Shown here: one piece after another, positions 38,643-48,506 of the stretch
Numbering within the stretch: position 1 is the stretch's first letter
How the letters are laid out: every line of letters starts with the position of its first letter
Source: an uncultured Spirochaetota bacterium
Lineage (GTDB): Bacteria; Spirochaetota; Spirochaetia; SZUA-6; Fen-1364
Assembly (NCBI GenBank): GCA_963734545.1
Contig: CAVTHO010000003.1
Span: forward strand, 288,001 to 352,000
DNA length: 64,000 nt
Direction: 5' to 3'
Notes under the pieces: generated by a model
What the model was told of the DNA's origin: nothing
The model's database searches: none
Seen by the model: the letters and a program-made list of their open reading frames with translations, nothing else
Made by a program: the position numbers and the translations under genes

Positions 38643-39815
38643 TCAGGGTGCCGGTACCTTCTCAGGCACTACTTCCTGCGCCAGGGTGAACTTCCCGTCC
38701 TTCACCAGGATGACCGTGACCCCCTTCTGGGGGATACGGCTCCCCGGCTGGAAAGTGATTGCCCCGGTGACTCCCGGCAGGTCTTTCGTTGCGTTCAGCG
38801 CTTCCCGGATGGCCTTGGGGTCGGCGGAGCCGGCGCGCTTGATGGCGTCCACCAGAAGCTTCACCGTGTCGTAGCCGAGACCGGCGAAAGCGTTTTCCGG
38901 CGGCGTCTTGTATTCCGCCTGGTAGGCGGCGATGAATGCCTTGACCGCGTCCGTGCCGAGGCTCGCGTCCATGAGAGAGTGCGTGGTGAAATAGACTCCC
39001 TCGGCGCCGGCACCCGCCACCTGGATGAGCAGGGGCGTGTCGTAGCCGTCACCGCCCATGATCGGCTTCTTGATCCCGGCGTCGCGGAACTGCTTGACGA
39101 TGGTCCCGATATCATCCGGACCCGCCGAGATGTAGAGCATGTCGGGCTGGGTCTTCAGGCCCCGGAGCTTCGTGATCTGGGCGGAATAGTCCTTGTCCCC
39201 GGTCTGGTAGTTGTCTTCCAGGACGACCTTCCCGCCCAGCTCGGTGAACCGCTCCTTGAAGTATTTGCCGAGCAGGAGCGTGTACTCCATGCCCTTGTCG
39301 ATCAGAAGGTAGGTGGTCTTCACTTTCAGGCTGCTGACCGCGTATTCCGCCCCTGCGGCGGCCTGCACATTGTCGCCAAAGCAGGCCAGGTAGAGATAGT
39401 CGGGCACCTGGTCAGGCAGTTTCGGCGAGGTTGCCCCTGAAGAGACGAACACGATGCCGGCTTTTGCAGCGGTCGGCGCCGCGGCCATCACCATGTCGCT
39501 GTCGCTGAACCCGAGCATCGCCACGACCTTGTCGGTCTGGGTGAGCTGGGTGGCGGAGTTCGCGATCGTGGCGGCGTCCGTCTTGCCGTCGAACGCCACG
39601 AGCTGGATCTGCTTGCCCAGCACGCCGCCGGCAGCGTTCACTTCTTTTGCGGCGAGCTTGGCGCCGTTTGCCGACGGTGCGTCGAGTGACGCCTGCGCGC
39701 CGGTCATGTTGTAGATCATGCCGATCTTGATTGTATTGCCCCCGCCCTTGCCGCCGCAGCCGACTGCGAGCAGGGACGCGGCTATCACCAGCACGAGTGC
39801 CAGTCTGGTTTTCAT
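38643..39815 (-). CDS. LIV-type ABC substrate-binding lipoprotein
   Basis: Lipobox AVG-C; EVNAAGGVLGK, DYSAQITK, GVTGAI. Confidence 0.92.
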   Translation of the reverse strand: MKTRLALVLVIAASLLAVGCGGKGGGNTIKIGMIYNMTGAQASLDAPSANGAKLAAKEVNAAGGVLGKQIQLVAFDGKTDAATIANSATQLTQTDKVVAMLGFSDSDMVMAAAPTAAKAGIVFVSSGATSPKLPDQVPDYLYLACFGDNVQAAAGAEYAVSSLKVKTTYLLIDKGMEYTLLLGKYFKERFTELGGKVVLEDNYQTGDKDYSAQITKLRGLKTQPDMLYISAGPDDIGTIVKQFRDAGIKKPIMGGDGYDTPLLIQVAGAGAEGVYFTTHSLMDASLGTDAVKAFIAAYQAEYKTPPENAFAGLGYDTVKLLVDAIKRAGSADPKAIREALNATKDLPGVTGAITFQPGSRIPQKGVTVILVKDGKFTLAQEVVPEKVPAP

Positions 39816-39846
39816 ATACGATCCTCCTTCAATGGGGCAGATTATG

Positions 39847-40905
39847 TCACGACGGACGGCCCCGCTTCCAGCCCCCTTTGATGATCCGCCGGATGAGGCT
39901 TCCCAGCTCTATCTCGCGCCCGCCCATCAGGCCGGCCGGCTTGAACACGATGATCAACACGAACAGGATCGCCATCAGGATCTGGCTGGCTCCGTAGATG
40001 GGCGGAATATGCACGGATCCGACGTCCAGGCCGCGCTCCGCGTTGCGCAGGACCTCCGACAACACCGTGATGATGAAGACCCCGATGACGGATCCGCTTA
40101 CCGAGCCCAGGCCGCCGATGACCAGCATGGTGATGACGGTGAATGCCTGCACGAAGAAGAATGACTTCGGCGAGAAGGAAGTGATGAAGTGGGCCCACAG
40201 GGATCCGGCAACGCCGGTGAGAAAGGCGCTGAAGCAGAAGGCCAGGAGCCGTGACCGGATGACGCTGACCCCGAGAGAGCGGGCGGCGATCTCGTCGTCC
40301 CGTGCCGCCCTCATGTCGCGGCCGAACTGCGACCTGCCGATCCTCCAGACCAGGTAGACGCTGAGCGCCGCCCAGATCCAGACGTTCCAGATGCTGGAAT
40401 AGGGCGGCACCCCGGCAAACGTCCGGGCCCCCCTGGTCACCTGGTCCCAGTTCACCAGGACGACCTGGACGATCACGAGGAAACCGAGGGTCGCCACCGA
40501 CACGTAGGCGCCCTTGAGCCTCATCAGGGATATCCCGACGACGAACGCAACGCACATGGCCACCGCTCCGCCGATCAGGGTCGCCGGAAGAAACGGGAGC
40601 GCCGCGTGCGACATCCACCCGGGCAGGCTGGGGAGATTGACCGCCTTCAGTGCCACGGGAAGCGTGCACACCGACGCGGCATACGCCCCGATTGCCATGA
40701 ATCCCGTGTGGCCGAGGGAGAACACACCGGTGAACCCGCTGGACAGGTTGAGACTCACCACCAGGATGATATTGATGCCGATTCCGATCACGATCCTCTG
40801 CACGTAGTCGCCGGCAAAAAGCTCGGCCGCCGCGAGCAGAAGGGCGAGGAGCGCCAGCAGCAGTGCCGGGGGTGCCAGACGGAGCGCCGGCGCCTCGGGC
40901 CGCAT
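39847..40905 (-). CDS. livM: LIV-type ABC permease (LivM-like)
   Basis: SLNL, FSLGH, RLKGAY, GGLGSVSG. Confidence 0.9.
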   Translation of the reverse strand: MRPEAPALRLAPPALLLALLALLLAAAELFAGDYVQRIVIGIGINIILVVSLNLSSGFTGVFSLGHTGFMAIGAYAASVCTLPVALKAVNLPSLPGWMSHAALPFLPATLIGGAVAMCVAFVVGISLMRLKGAYVSVATLGFLVIVQVVLVNWDQVTRGARTFAGVPPYSSIWNVWIWAALSVYLVWRIGRSQFGRDMRAARDDEIAARSLGVSVIRSRLLAFCFSAFLTGVAGSLWAHFITSFSPKSFFFVQAFTVITMLVIGGLGSVSGSVIGVFIITVLSEVLRNAERGLDVGSVHIPPIYGASQILMAILFVLIIVFKPAGLMGGREIELGSLIRRIIKGGWKRGRPS

Positions 40906-41797
40906 CAGATCTTCTCCTTTTCCGTGCTGCCCAGGATCCCGTTGGGCCGGAACAGGAGCAGGGCGATCAGGATGACGAACACGAACGCGTCACGGTAGGG
41001 CGTGAGCGCGGAGGGCAGGAGGCCCTGCAGGAGGATCTCCAGTCCGCCGAGAACATACGCGCCGATCACCGCGCCGGGAAGGCTTCCCAGGCCGCCGATG
41101 ACCGACGCGACAAAAGCCTTCAGCACCGGGTTGAATCCCATCAGGGGATCGATCTTTCCGACCCGTGCGCTCCAGAGAATGCCGACCACGCCCGCCAGGA
41201 ATGAACCGATGGCGAACGCCGCCGCGATGACCTTGTTGACGTTGATGCCCATGAGCCGCGCAGCCAGGAGGTCCTGCGCCGCCGCCCGCATCGAGATGCC
41301 GACCTCGGTGCGCGTGACGAACAGGGTAAGGGCAAGAAGCAGGAAGGCCGCGACCGCGATGGCAATCAGGTCCAGGCTCGCCAGGCGCAGCGCGCCTGCC
41401 TCTATCACCGAGCGCAGGATTGCCGGCGCGGGGAAGGGGCGGGAAGTCGGCCGAAACAGGATGATCGCCAGGTTTTCCAGGAGGATCGTCACGGAGAAGG
41501 AGGTGAGCAGCATGGCGATCTCGTGGGCGCCGCGGATGGGCCGGTACGCCAGGCGTTCCATGAGCAGTCCCGCGAGCGTGCTCGCCAGGATCCCCGCCGC
41601 CGCGGCGACGAGGAAGGGGAGTCCCAGGACGATCAGAAGCAGCGCAACATAGCTTCCGACCATGATCAGGTCCCCGTGCGCGAAATTGATCAGTCTCAAT
41701 ATCCCGAACACCATCGCGAGCCCGATGGCCATGAGCGCGTACAGGCTTCCCACGCTGACCGCATTGATGAGCTGCTGCAGAATGAGCTCGGGTCCTG

Positions 41798-41801
<4 letters not shown>
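40905..41801 (-). CDS. livH: LIV-type ABC permease (LivH-like)
   Basis: INFAHGD, LKAFVASVIGGLGS, RPNGILG. Confidence 0.92.
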
Positions 41802-42506
<705 letters not shown>

Positions 42507-42523
<17 letters not shown>

Positions 42524-43316
42524 CTTCCTCGACCTGTCCCAGGTAGGATTCGATCACCCGTGGATCACTGCGCACCTTTTCAGGCGTCCCTTCGGCAATG
42601 ATCTGGCCGTAGTTCAACACCTGGATACGCTCGCAGAGCCGCATGACGAGCGGCATATTGTGCTCGACCAGGATGAGGGTGAGCTGATACTGGTCCCGAA
42701 TGCGGCGGATGAGGTCGAGCACGAACGCGCTCTCGGCGCTGTTCATGCCGGCGGTCGGCTCGTCCAGCAGCAGGAGCTTCGGCTTCAGCGCGAGCGCGCG
42801 CACGATCTCCAGGCGCCGCTGGTCGCCGTAGGGAAGCGAGGTGGCCATTGCCCCTGCGCGGTCTTCCAGGCCGAACAGCCGAAGCTCGTCCAGGGATTCT
42901 TTCACCAGCCGTTCCTCGACCCGCTGGAATGAAGGCCACGTGAGGAGAGTCGGCAGCATGCGGCTCCGATCGTGGAGCTGGCGCGCGCAGGCCACGTTCT
43001 CCATCACCGTCATGCTGGAAAAGAGGCGGATATTCTGAAAGGTGCGGCCGATCCCCAGGTGCGCAATGCGGTCGGGGGGGAACCCCGTTATGTCGCGTCC
43101 TTGAAACCGGACGGTCCCCTGCGTGGGGCTGATGTGGCCCGTCAGCAGGTTGAAAACGGTGGATTTCCCCGCGCCGTTGGGTCCGATGATGCCGAGGATT
43201 TCCCCGGCGTGAAGCCGCAGCCGGTACCGTTCCACCGCGCGCAGGCCCTTGAACGTCTTGGACAGATCCTCGACTTCAAGCAGTACCCCACGCGAGCTGT
43301 CAGCGGTGCCGGGCAT
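42507..43316 (-). CDS. livG: ABC ATP-binding protein (LivG-like)
   Basis: GPNGAGKS, RTFQNIRLF, LPYGDQRRLEI, DEPTAG. Confidence 0.93.
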
Positions 43317-43399
43317 CGGTCCGTGTATAACACAACGCGACGGCTTGGGGAAGGCGGCCCGTAGGCAGGGATGCCGAGGGACGCTATAATCTGCCCCTC

Positions 43400-44596
43400 A
43401 TGCCGGATGCAGGTGGATACGGCCTCGACACGTCTCACCTGAACGCAACCGAGACATACCGCGATTTCCAGCTCGGCCATATCACTGAAAAGCTCACGCT
43501 CGTCGACTCTTCGCTCGCGCTTTCGGACGCCGTCATGTTCGTCGAAAAGGATCCCACGCTGCGCGGGCTCGCGGTGGAGGAGCTGGACAAGGTCATCGGC
43601 GTCGTGACCCGGGAGACCATCATGGAAAAGGCCGGCTCACGAATCGAGTTGTTCAAGGGCAAAGCCATCAAGGCCTATCTGCTGGACGACTCGATACGCT
43701 ACGACGCGCGGGACTATTGCGAGAAGGCGTTCTACGAAGTCATCAGGATCGAAGACAGGAAAATCGTCAATCTCATCATCTACGAGGGGACGCATTTCTT
43801 CGGCGTCATTCCGGTCAATCATCTGATCCGGCACGTCTCGCGGATACGCGAGCTGGCGTACGAGCAGGCCAGATACATCCAGCAGTTCTTCCTGCAGAAG
43901 AGCGACGAAAGGATCGAAGGCCTGGACTTTGCGCACCTCATCAGGATGGCCCACCAGATCGGCGGGGATTTCTTTCACATCAGGAAGATCTCGGCCACCC
44001 AGTCCCTCTTTGCCTGCTTCGACGTGGCCAACAAGGACATCGCTGCCTCTCTCACCACCGGGCTCCTGAGCTCGTTCTTCTCCATGTACTTCGATCTGCA
44101 GAGACAGGACTTCGAGCCGCAGGACCTGACGAGCGCATTGAACAGGATTCTCGTCGAGCAGACGCCGGCGGATATCTTCGTGGTGGGGGTGATACTGTTT
44201 TTCGATCGGGAGCGGAAAATCGTCAGGATATTCAATCACGGGTTCTCGCCGCTCTTTATATCGACGCCCCGGGAGAACAACCTTTCGAAGCTGGTGCGCC
44301 AGAACTCCAGCCTTCTGCCGCTTGGAATAAACGCGGATCTCGACATCCCGGCCGGAGTCCGGGAAGTGCCGATCGCGCCTCACACGAAGTTTTTCATCTA
44401 CTCGGACGGCCTGCTCGACGCGCTGGACATCCGCGGGAACCGTTTCGGAGAGAACCGGATCAAGGAGTTCGTCGTTTCGAACATGAAGCTGAGGCCGGCT
44501 GCATTCGTGAAAAACCTGCAGGAGGAATTCGACGCATTTGTCGGGGATGCGATACAGGCCGATGATTTCACCGCAATCATGATCGAGGTCGAGTAG
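43400..44596 (+). CDS. CBS-like domain plus SpoIIE/PP2C phosphatase
   Basis: GGDFF, DVANK, YSDGL, DDFT; N-terminal CBS-like IGVVTRE. Confidence 0.82.
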   Translation: MPDAGGYGLDTSHLNATETYRDFQLGHITEKLTLVDSSLALSDAVMFVEKDPTLRGLAVEELDKVIGVVTRETIMEKAGSRIELFKGKAIKAYLLDDSIRYDARDYCEKAFYEVIRIEDRKIVNLIIYEGTHFFGVIPVNHLIRHVSRIRELAYEQARYIQQFFLQKSDERIEGLDFAHLIRMAHQIGGDFFHIRKISATQSLFACFDVANKDIAASLTTGLLSSFFSMYFDLQRQDFEPQDLTSALNRILVEQTPADIFVVGVILFFDRERKIVRIFNHGFSPLFISTPRENNLSKLVRQNSSLLPLGINADLDIPAGVREVPIAPHTKFFIYSDGLLDALDIRGNRFGENRIKEFVVSNMKLRPAAFVKNLQEEFDAFVGDAIQADDFTAIMIEVE

Positions 44597-44602
44597 CGCC
44601 TT

Positions 44603-44779
44603 TTATTCGTCGATTGCCATGGGATTGCAGAGGTTGTCGTCACACGCGGCGACCCTGCCGCAGTTGAAGCAGATGAAACGGGGCGCGCGGGCCATCTCCT
44701 GGATCTCCTTGAACTTTCCGCTGCCCGCCAGCACGCAGAGATGTCCCTCGTGCTCTCCTTTGCATGATGCCTGTTTCAT
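44603..44779 (-). CDS. 58-aa Cys/His-rich small protein (not in the ORF track)
   Basis: MKQASCKGEHEGHLCVL...FICFNCGRVAACDDNLCNPMAIDE; own promoter TTGACT-17-TGTAAT. Confidence 0.75.
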   Translation of the reverse strand: MKQASCKGEHEGHLCVLAGSGKFKEIQEMARAPRFICFNCGRVAACDDNLCNPMAIDE

Positions 44780-44812
44780 GATGGCCCATTACACCCGCCC
44801 CTTGAGCAAAAG

Positions 44813-45457
44813 TCAAGCGAGGAGGGAGGTGATGGAGCGGGCCATGGACCCGAGAAGCAGTGCGCACGAAGCGGCTCCCGGGTCCAGGTTTCCGCGCGAC
44901 CGTTCTCCGAGCCGGCTGGCGCGTCCGACCTTTGCCACGAGGTCTCTGGTCGATTCCTTGCCCTTCTCTGCTGCCGCTGCCATGTCCGCGAGCGCCCGCG
45001 CAAAATCGTTCCCGGAGGCAGCCGCTTCCTTGTACGCCCCGAGGGCCGGAACAAGGGCATCGATCATTGTCTTGTCGCCGATTCCGGCGTTCCCCAGGGA
45101 TGAGACCGCGTTCGTTCCCCGCTCGAGCATCTGCTGAAAGACGTCGATGCCGACGGCTTCGTGATCCCGCGCCGCCCGGGACATCTCGAGGAAGAAGCTT
45201 CCGTACAGGGGCCCCATGGCCCCGCCGATCTCGGCCATGAGCACGCGTCCGAGGGTCTGGAGCCCTTTGGCAAAGCCCCCCGGGTCGGCCTCCAGGAGCT
45301 GCCGGCAGAGCGTGAACCCCTTGTTCATGTTGACCCCGTGGTCGCCGTCACCGATGGCGCCGTCGATCTCGCTCAGAAGGCCGAAATTCTCCTGGATCGT
45401 CTTGATCATGTCGAGGACGATGCCTTCACCGTCCCGGTCCTGAAAGGCTTTTTTCAC
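44813..45457 (-). CDS. dhaL: Dihydroxyacetone kinase L subunit
   Basis: GDGDHG, GGAMGPLYG, GDKTMIDAL, GRAS, DPGA; GTG overlaps the dhaK stop. Confidence 0.9.
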   Translation of the reverse strand: MKKAFQDRDGEGIVLDMIKTIQENFGLLSEIDGAIGDGDHGVNMNKGFTLCRQLLEADPGGFAKGLQTLGRVLMAEIGGAMGPLYGSFFLEMSRAARDHEAVGIDVFQQMLERGTNAVSSLGNAGIGDKTMIDALVPALGAYKEAAASGNDFARALADMAAAAEKGKESTRDLVAKVGRASRLGERSRGNLDPGAASCALLLGSMARSITSLLA

Positions 45458-46470
45458 CGCGCCGCCTTCCGGCCGAATTGCGTGAGACCCATGGATTCCG
45501 CCTCCAGGTCCACCAGCTCTTTCAGCTCGCCGTCGAGCCTCATCAGCGTCAGGGTCACTCCCATCATTTCGAGCGATGTGAAGTAGTTGCCGACATACGG
45601 CCTGTAGACGGTAATCCGGCTCTTTTCGAGCAGACGCGCGACAGCGTCGTACAGGATATAGAGCTCCATGACAGGCGTGGCGCCGAGACCGGAAACCAGG
45701 GCCACGACTTCGTCTCCCGATGAGAACGGCAGGTCGGGCAGAATCACATCGAGCATCATTTCGGCCATGTCCGCTGCCGGCTTCAGGGTATCCACGCTGA
45801 TTCCCGGCTCGCCGTGGTGGCCGATTCCCACCTCCATCCTGCCGGCCTCGATCGTGAAGTTGGGCTTTCCGACCGCCGGGATGGTGCAGGGCGTAAGGCC
45901 GATGCCGATGCTGCGTGTATTGTCGATGGCTTTCCGGGCGGCCGCAATCACCTCGTCGAGACTGCCGCCAAGGGCCGCCTTTGCGCCGCCGACTTTCCAC
46001 ATGAGCACCTCGCCGGCCACCCCGCGGCGTTTTTCCCGCTCGGTCTTCGGGGCCGACGGCACGTCATCGTTGGCGACAACGGTTTTGACTTCGATCCCGT
46101 CGTCCCGGGCAAGCTGTATTGCCAGCTTGACGTTCATATTGTCCCCGGCATAGTTGCCGTAGAGGCAGGCCACGCCTTTGCCCGCGTGGGCGGCCCTGAA
46201 CGCGTCTGAGAAGGCCTGGGCGGACGGCGAGGTGAAGACCTCGCCCACCGCCACGGCATCCACCATGTTCTTTCCGACATAGCCGATGAAAGCCGGTTTG
46301 TGGCCCGAGCCCCCACCGGTGACAACCCCCACTTTGCCCGGGATCGGGGCATGCACGTACGAGAGGACCCGGGGGTTCTTCGTCCCCTTGACGAGATTCG
46401 GATGCGCCAGGGCAAAACCTTTGAGCATATCCTCCACGACCTGATTGGGATCATTGATGATGCGCTGCAT
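45454..46470 (-). CDS. dhaK: Dihydroxyacetone kinase K subunit
   Basis: GGGSGHKP, FTSPS, NYAGD, RRGVAG, GHHGEPG, TSLEM. Confidence 0.9.
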   Translation of the reverse strand: MQRIINDPNQVVEDMLKGFALAHPNLVKGTKNPRVLSYVHAPIPGKVGVVTGGGSGHKPAFIGYVGKNMVDAVAVGEVFTSPSAQAFSDAFRAAHAGKGVACLYGNYAGDNMNVKLAIQLARDDGIEVKTVVANDDVPSAPKTEREKRRGVAGEVLMWKVGGAKAALGGSLDEVIAAARKAIDNTRSIGIGLTPCTIPAVGKPNFTIEAGRMEVGIGHHGEPGISVDTLKPAADMAEMMLDVILPDLPFSSGDEVVALVSGLGATPVMELYILYDAVARLLEKSRITVYRPYVGNYFTSLEMMGVTLTLMRLDGELKELVDLEAESMGLTQFGRKAAR

Positions 46471-46476
46471 GGTGAC

Positions 46477-47361
46477 CTATGCCTGGCGCCGTCCCGGCAG
46501 CGGGAGCAGGCCGGACCGTATCCCCATGTGCGCGGCATACCCCGGGTGCCGCGCGAGCATCCGCCTGTCCATCATCGGCACGCTCACTCCCAGGAAAAGA
46601 CCGGTGATGGCGATGGGCCCGATGATCGTCCACCACCAGGCGGGATTCGCCGCCAGCCCGAACAGGTACACGCCCCACCAGAACAGAACCTCGCCGAAAT
46701 AGTTGGGATGACGGGAGAGCGCCCACAGGCCGGTGTCCAGGATCTGCCCGCGAGCTCTCTCGGAGGCCAGGAACCGCCGGAGTTGCCTGTCCGCGAGGCC
46801 TTCGACGCCGATTGCCGTCACGGTGACCACGAGGGCCAGGAGATCGAGCACGCCGGCAGCGCGGCTGCCTTCCGCCAGCGCGGGAACGAGAGACATGCAC
46901 CCGAGGAAAACCAGGATCGTGGGAAAAAGATGAAATCCGAGGAAGCTGACCGGCCAGTATGCGGCACCCAGGCGCCGATAATCGGCATACCGCCAGTCCT
47001 CGTCGGCCAGACCATGCCAGCGGCGCAGCCAGTTTGCCGTCAGGCGCACCGCCCAGAAGAGGACGAGCGCAAGGAGGACGAGCTGGCGCGGCGTCAGGCC
47101 GGCGGAGAACTGCAGCATCCAGTAAAGCCCGATGGGAAAGGGCGCGACGCTCCAATAGGGATCGTAGACGCTGGAGTTGTCCAGCGCGAGGCTGAAAGCG
47201 AAAACCACGATGGTTGCCGCAATGTCGGCAAGCGCCGCGGCAAGCACGGGTGAACCGCTGCCGGCCAGGCGACAGACTCCGGCCGCGGTGAGGCCCGCGA
47301 CCAGGTAGGCCAGGAGGATCAGAAGGAGGGAGCGGTTTTTGCTCATCTTTGTCGTCGGCAT
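46477..47361 (-). CDS. DUF1295 (steroid 5-alpha-reductase-like) membrane protein
   Basis: NSSVYDPYWS, EDWRY, ADRQL, GLWALSRHPNYFGE. Confidence 0.88.
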   Translation of the reverse strand: MPTTKMSKNRSLLLILLAYLVAGLTAAGVCRLAGSGSPVLAAALADIAATIVVFAFSLALDNSSVYDPYWSVAPFPIGLYWMLQFSAGLTPRQLVLLALVLFWAVRLTANWLRRWHGLADEDWRYADYRRLGAAYWPVSFLGFHLFPTILVFLGCMSLVPALAEGSRAAGVLDLLALVVTVTAIGVEGLADRQLRRFLASERARGQILDTGLWALSRHPNYFGEVLFWWGVYLFGLAANPAWWWTIIGPIAITGLFLGVSVPMMDRRMLARHPGYAAHMGIRSGLLPLPGRRQA

Positions 47362-47383
47362 CGTATGTCCTTTCTCTTCGATC

Positions 47384-48223
47384 CTACCATGGGATCGGCT
47401 GTTTGCGTATTGCCGGCTGGCAGGAAGGGCAGTAGAACGAATCGTAGCCCAGCACTCCGGCACGCCGAATCGTGGTTCCACACCTGGGGCAGGGCTGGTC
47501 CTTCCTTCCGCGGACCCGCATATGGTCGCGGACCTTCACCTCGATGGGCATTCCCGCCTTTTCCACCTCGGCGATTCCCCACGCGATCACCGACCGGATG
47601 CTGTCATAGAGACCGCGGCGCTGCTCGGTGGAGAGGCTGCTGCATGAAGTTTTCGGGTGGATGCCTGCCGCGAACAGGATCTCATCCGCGTAGGCGTTTC
47701 CGATGGCGCTCAGCGCGGTCTGATCCATCAGGAACACCCTTGCCTGGTGCCGGCGCCCGGCGATCAGCCCTTCGAACTTTTCAAAGGTGAATGCATCCGA
47801 CAGAACATCCACGCCCTGTCCCTCGTAGCCGGGGATCGATTCATGACTTCCCGGGGCCGTGAGGTAGACCTTGCCCATGCGTTTGTCGTCGCCGTACCGA
47901 AGCCATTCCCCGTTGTCCAGGCGCAGGGAAAAGCACTGGTGGGGGACGGGCTTTTCCCCTGCCGCGGCTATCTGGAGCCTGCCGGCGAGCATGCAGTGCA
48001 CGATGAGCTCGGCGCGGCCGCTCAGCCCGAAGGCCAGAAACGGGCCATGCCGGGCCAGGCTCTCGATCCGCCTGCCCTGCAGCGCCGCGATGAAGCCGCC
48101 CGTGCCGGCCAGGAGCATGCGGATGACGATCGGCTCCTTCACGACGATCTCGTCGATACGCCGGTTCTCGATCCGGTGCCCGAGGTGTGTGACGATGTAG
48201 TGCAGGTCGGGAAGCTCCGGCAC
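47384..48223 (-). CDS. Fpg/Nei-family DNA glycosylase
   Basis: N-terminal PELPD, H2TH IGNAYADE, zinc finger CPRC...CPSC. Confidence 0.9.
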   Translation of the reverse strand: MPELPDLHYIVTHLGHRIENRRIDEIVVKEPIVIRMLLAGTGGFIAALQGRRIESLARHGPFLAFGLSGRAELIVHCMLAGRLQIAAAGEKPVPHQCFSLRLDNGEWLRYGDDKRMGKVYLTAPGSHESIPGYEGQGVDVLSDAFTFEKFEGLIAGRRHQARVFLMDQTALSAIGNAYADEILFAAGIHPKTSCSSLSTEQRRGLYDSIRSVIAWGIAEVEKAGMPIEVKVRDHMRVRGRKDQPCPRCGTTIRRAGVLGYDSFYCPSCQPAIRKQPIPW

Positions 48224-48230
48224 GTTCTCG

Positions 48231-48259
48231 AGTTGACCGCGCGGAACGCCTCTTGTCAA
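48231..48259 (-). promoter_or_regulatory. Sigma70 promoter for the glycosylase gene (probably leaderless)
   Basis: TTGACA-17 bp-TCAACT, 7 nt before GTG. Confidence 0.55.
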
Positions 48260-48325
48260 CGACCGATCGGCCGCGTCAAGGAAATTTCCTGAGCCATGGC
48301 AGCAACCTGGATCTTATCTCGTTCA

Positions 48326-48356
48326 TATTAATGGTTTGGTGTTCCAATCATTAATA
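48326..48356. promoter_or_regulatory. AT-rich palindrome (operator or hairpin)
   Basis: TATTAATG-gtttggtgttccaat-CATTAATA. Confidence 0.5.
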
Positions 48357-48374
48357 AGGCAGGAACGCTTTCCA

Positions 48375-48477
48375 GTACGGCGGGGTAGGGCGGGGTATGG
48401 CTGGGTACGGCGGGAACGGCTGGCTACGGCGGGGAACGGCTGGGTAGGGCGGGGTAGGCGGCGGGGTGCGGCCTGGC
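48375..48477. repeat. Degenerate 10-bp tandem repeat, about 10 copies
   Basis: Units gtacggcggg, gtagggcggg, gtatggctgg, gtacggcggg, aacggctgg, ctacggcggg, gaacggctgg, gtagggcggg and further degenerate copies. Confidence 0.85.
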
Positions 48478-48506
48478 TTGTTCATGTCTGCCAAAGGCGG
48501 CGACCT

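Noticed and set aside
44813-46000. 395-aa DhaL with a long N-terminal domain
   Set aside because: The extension is an alternate frame of dhaK; DhaL starts at GTG 45457.
48375-48477. Possible CRISPR array
   Set aside because: Contiguous 10-bp units, no unique spacers, no cas genes.
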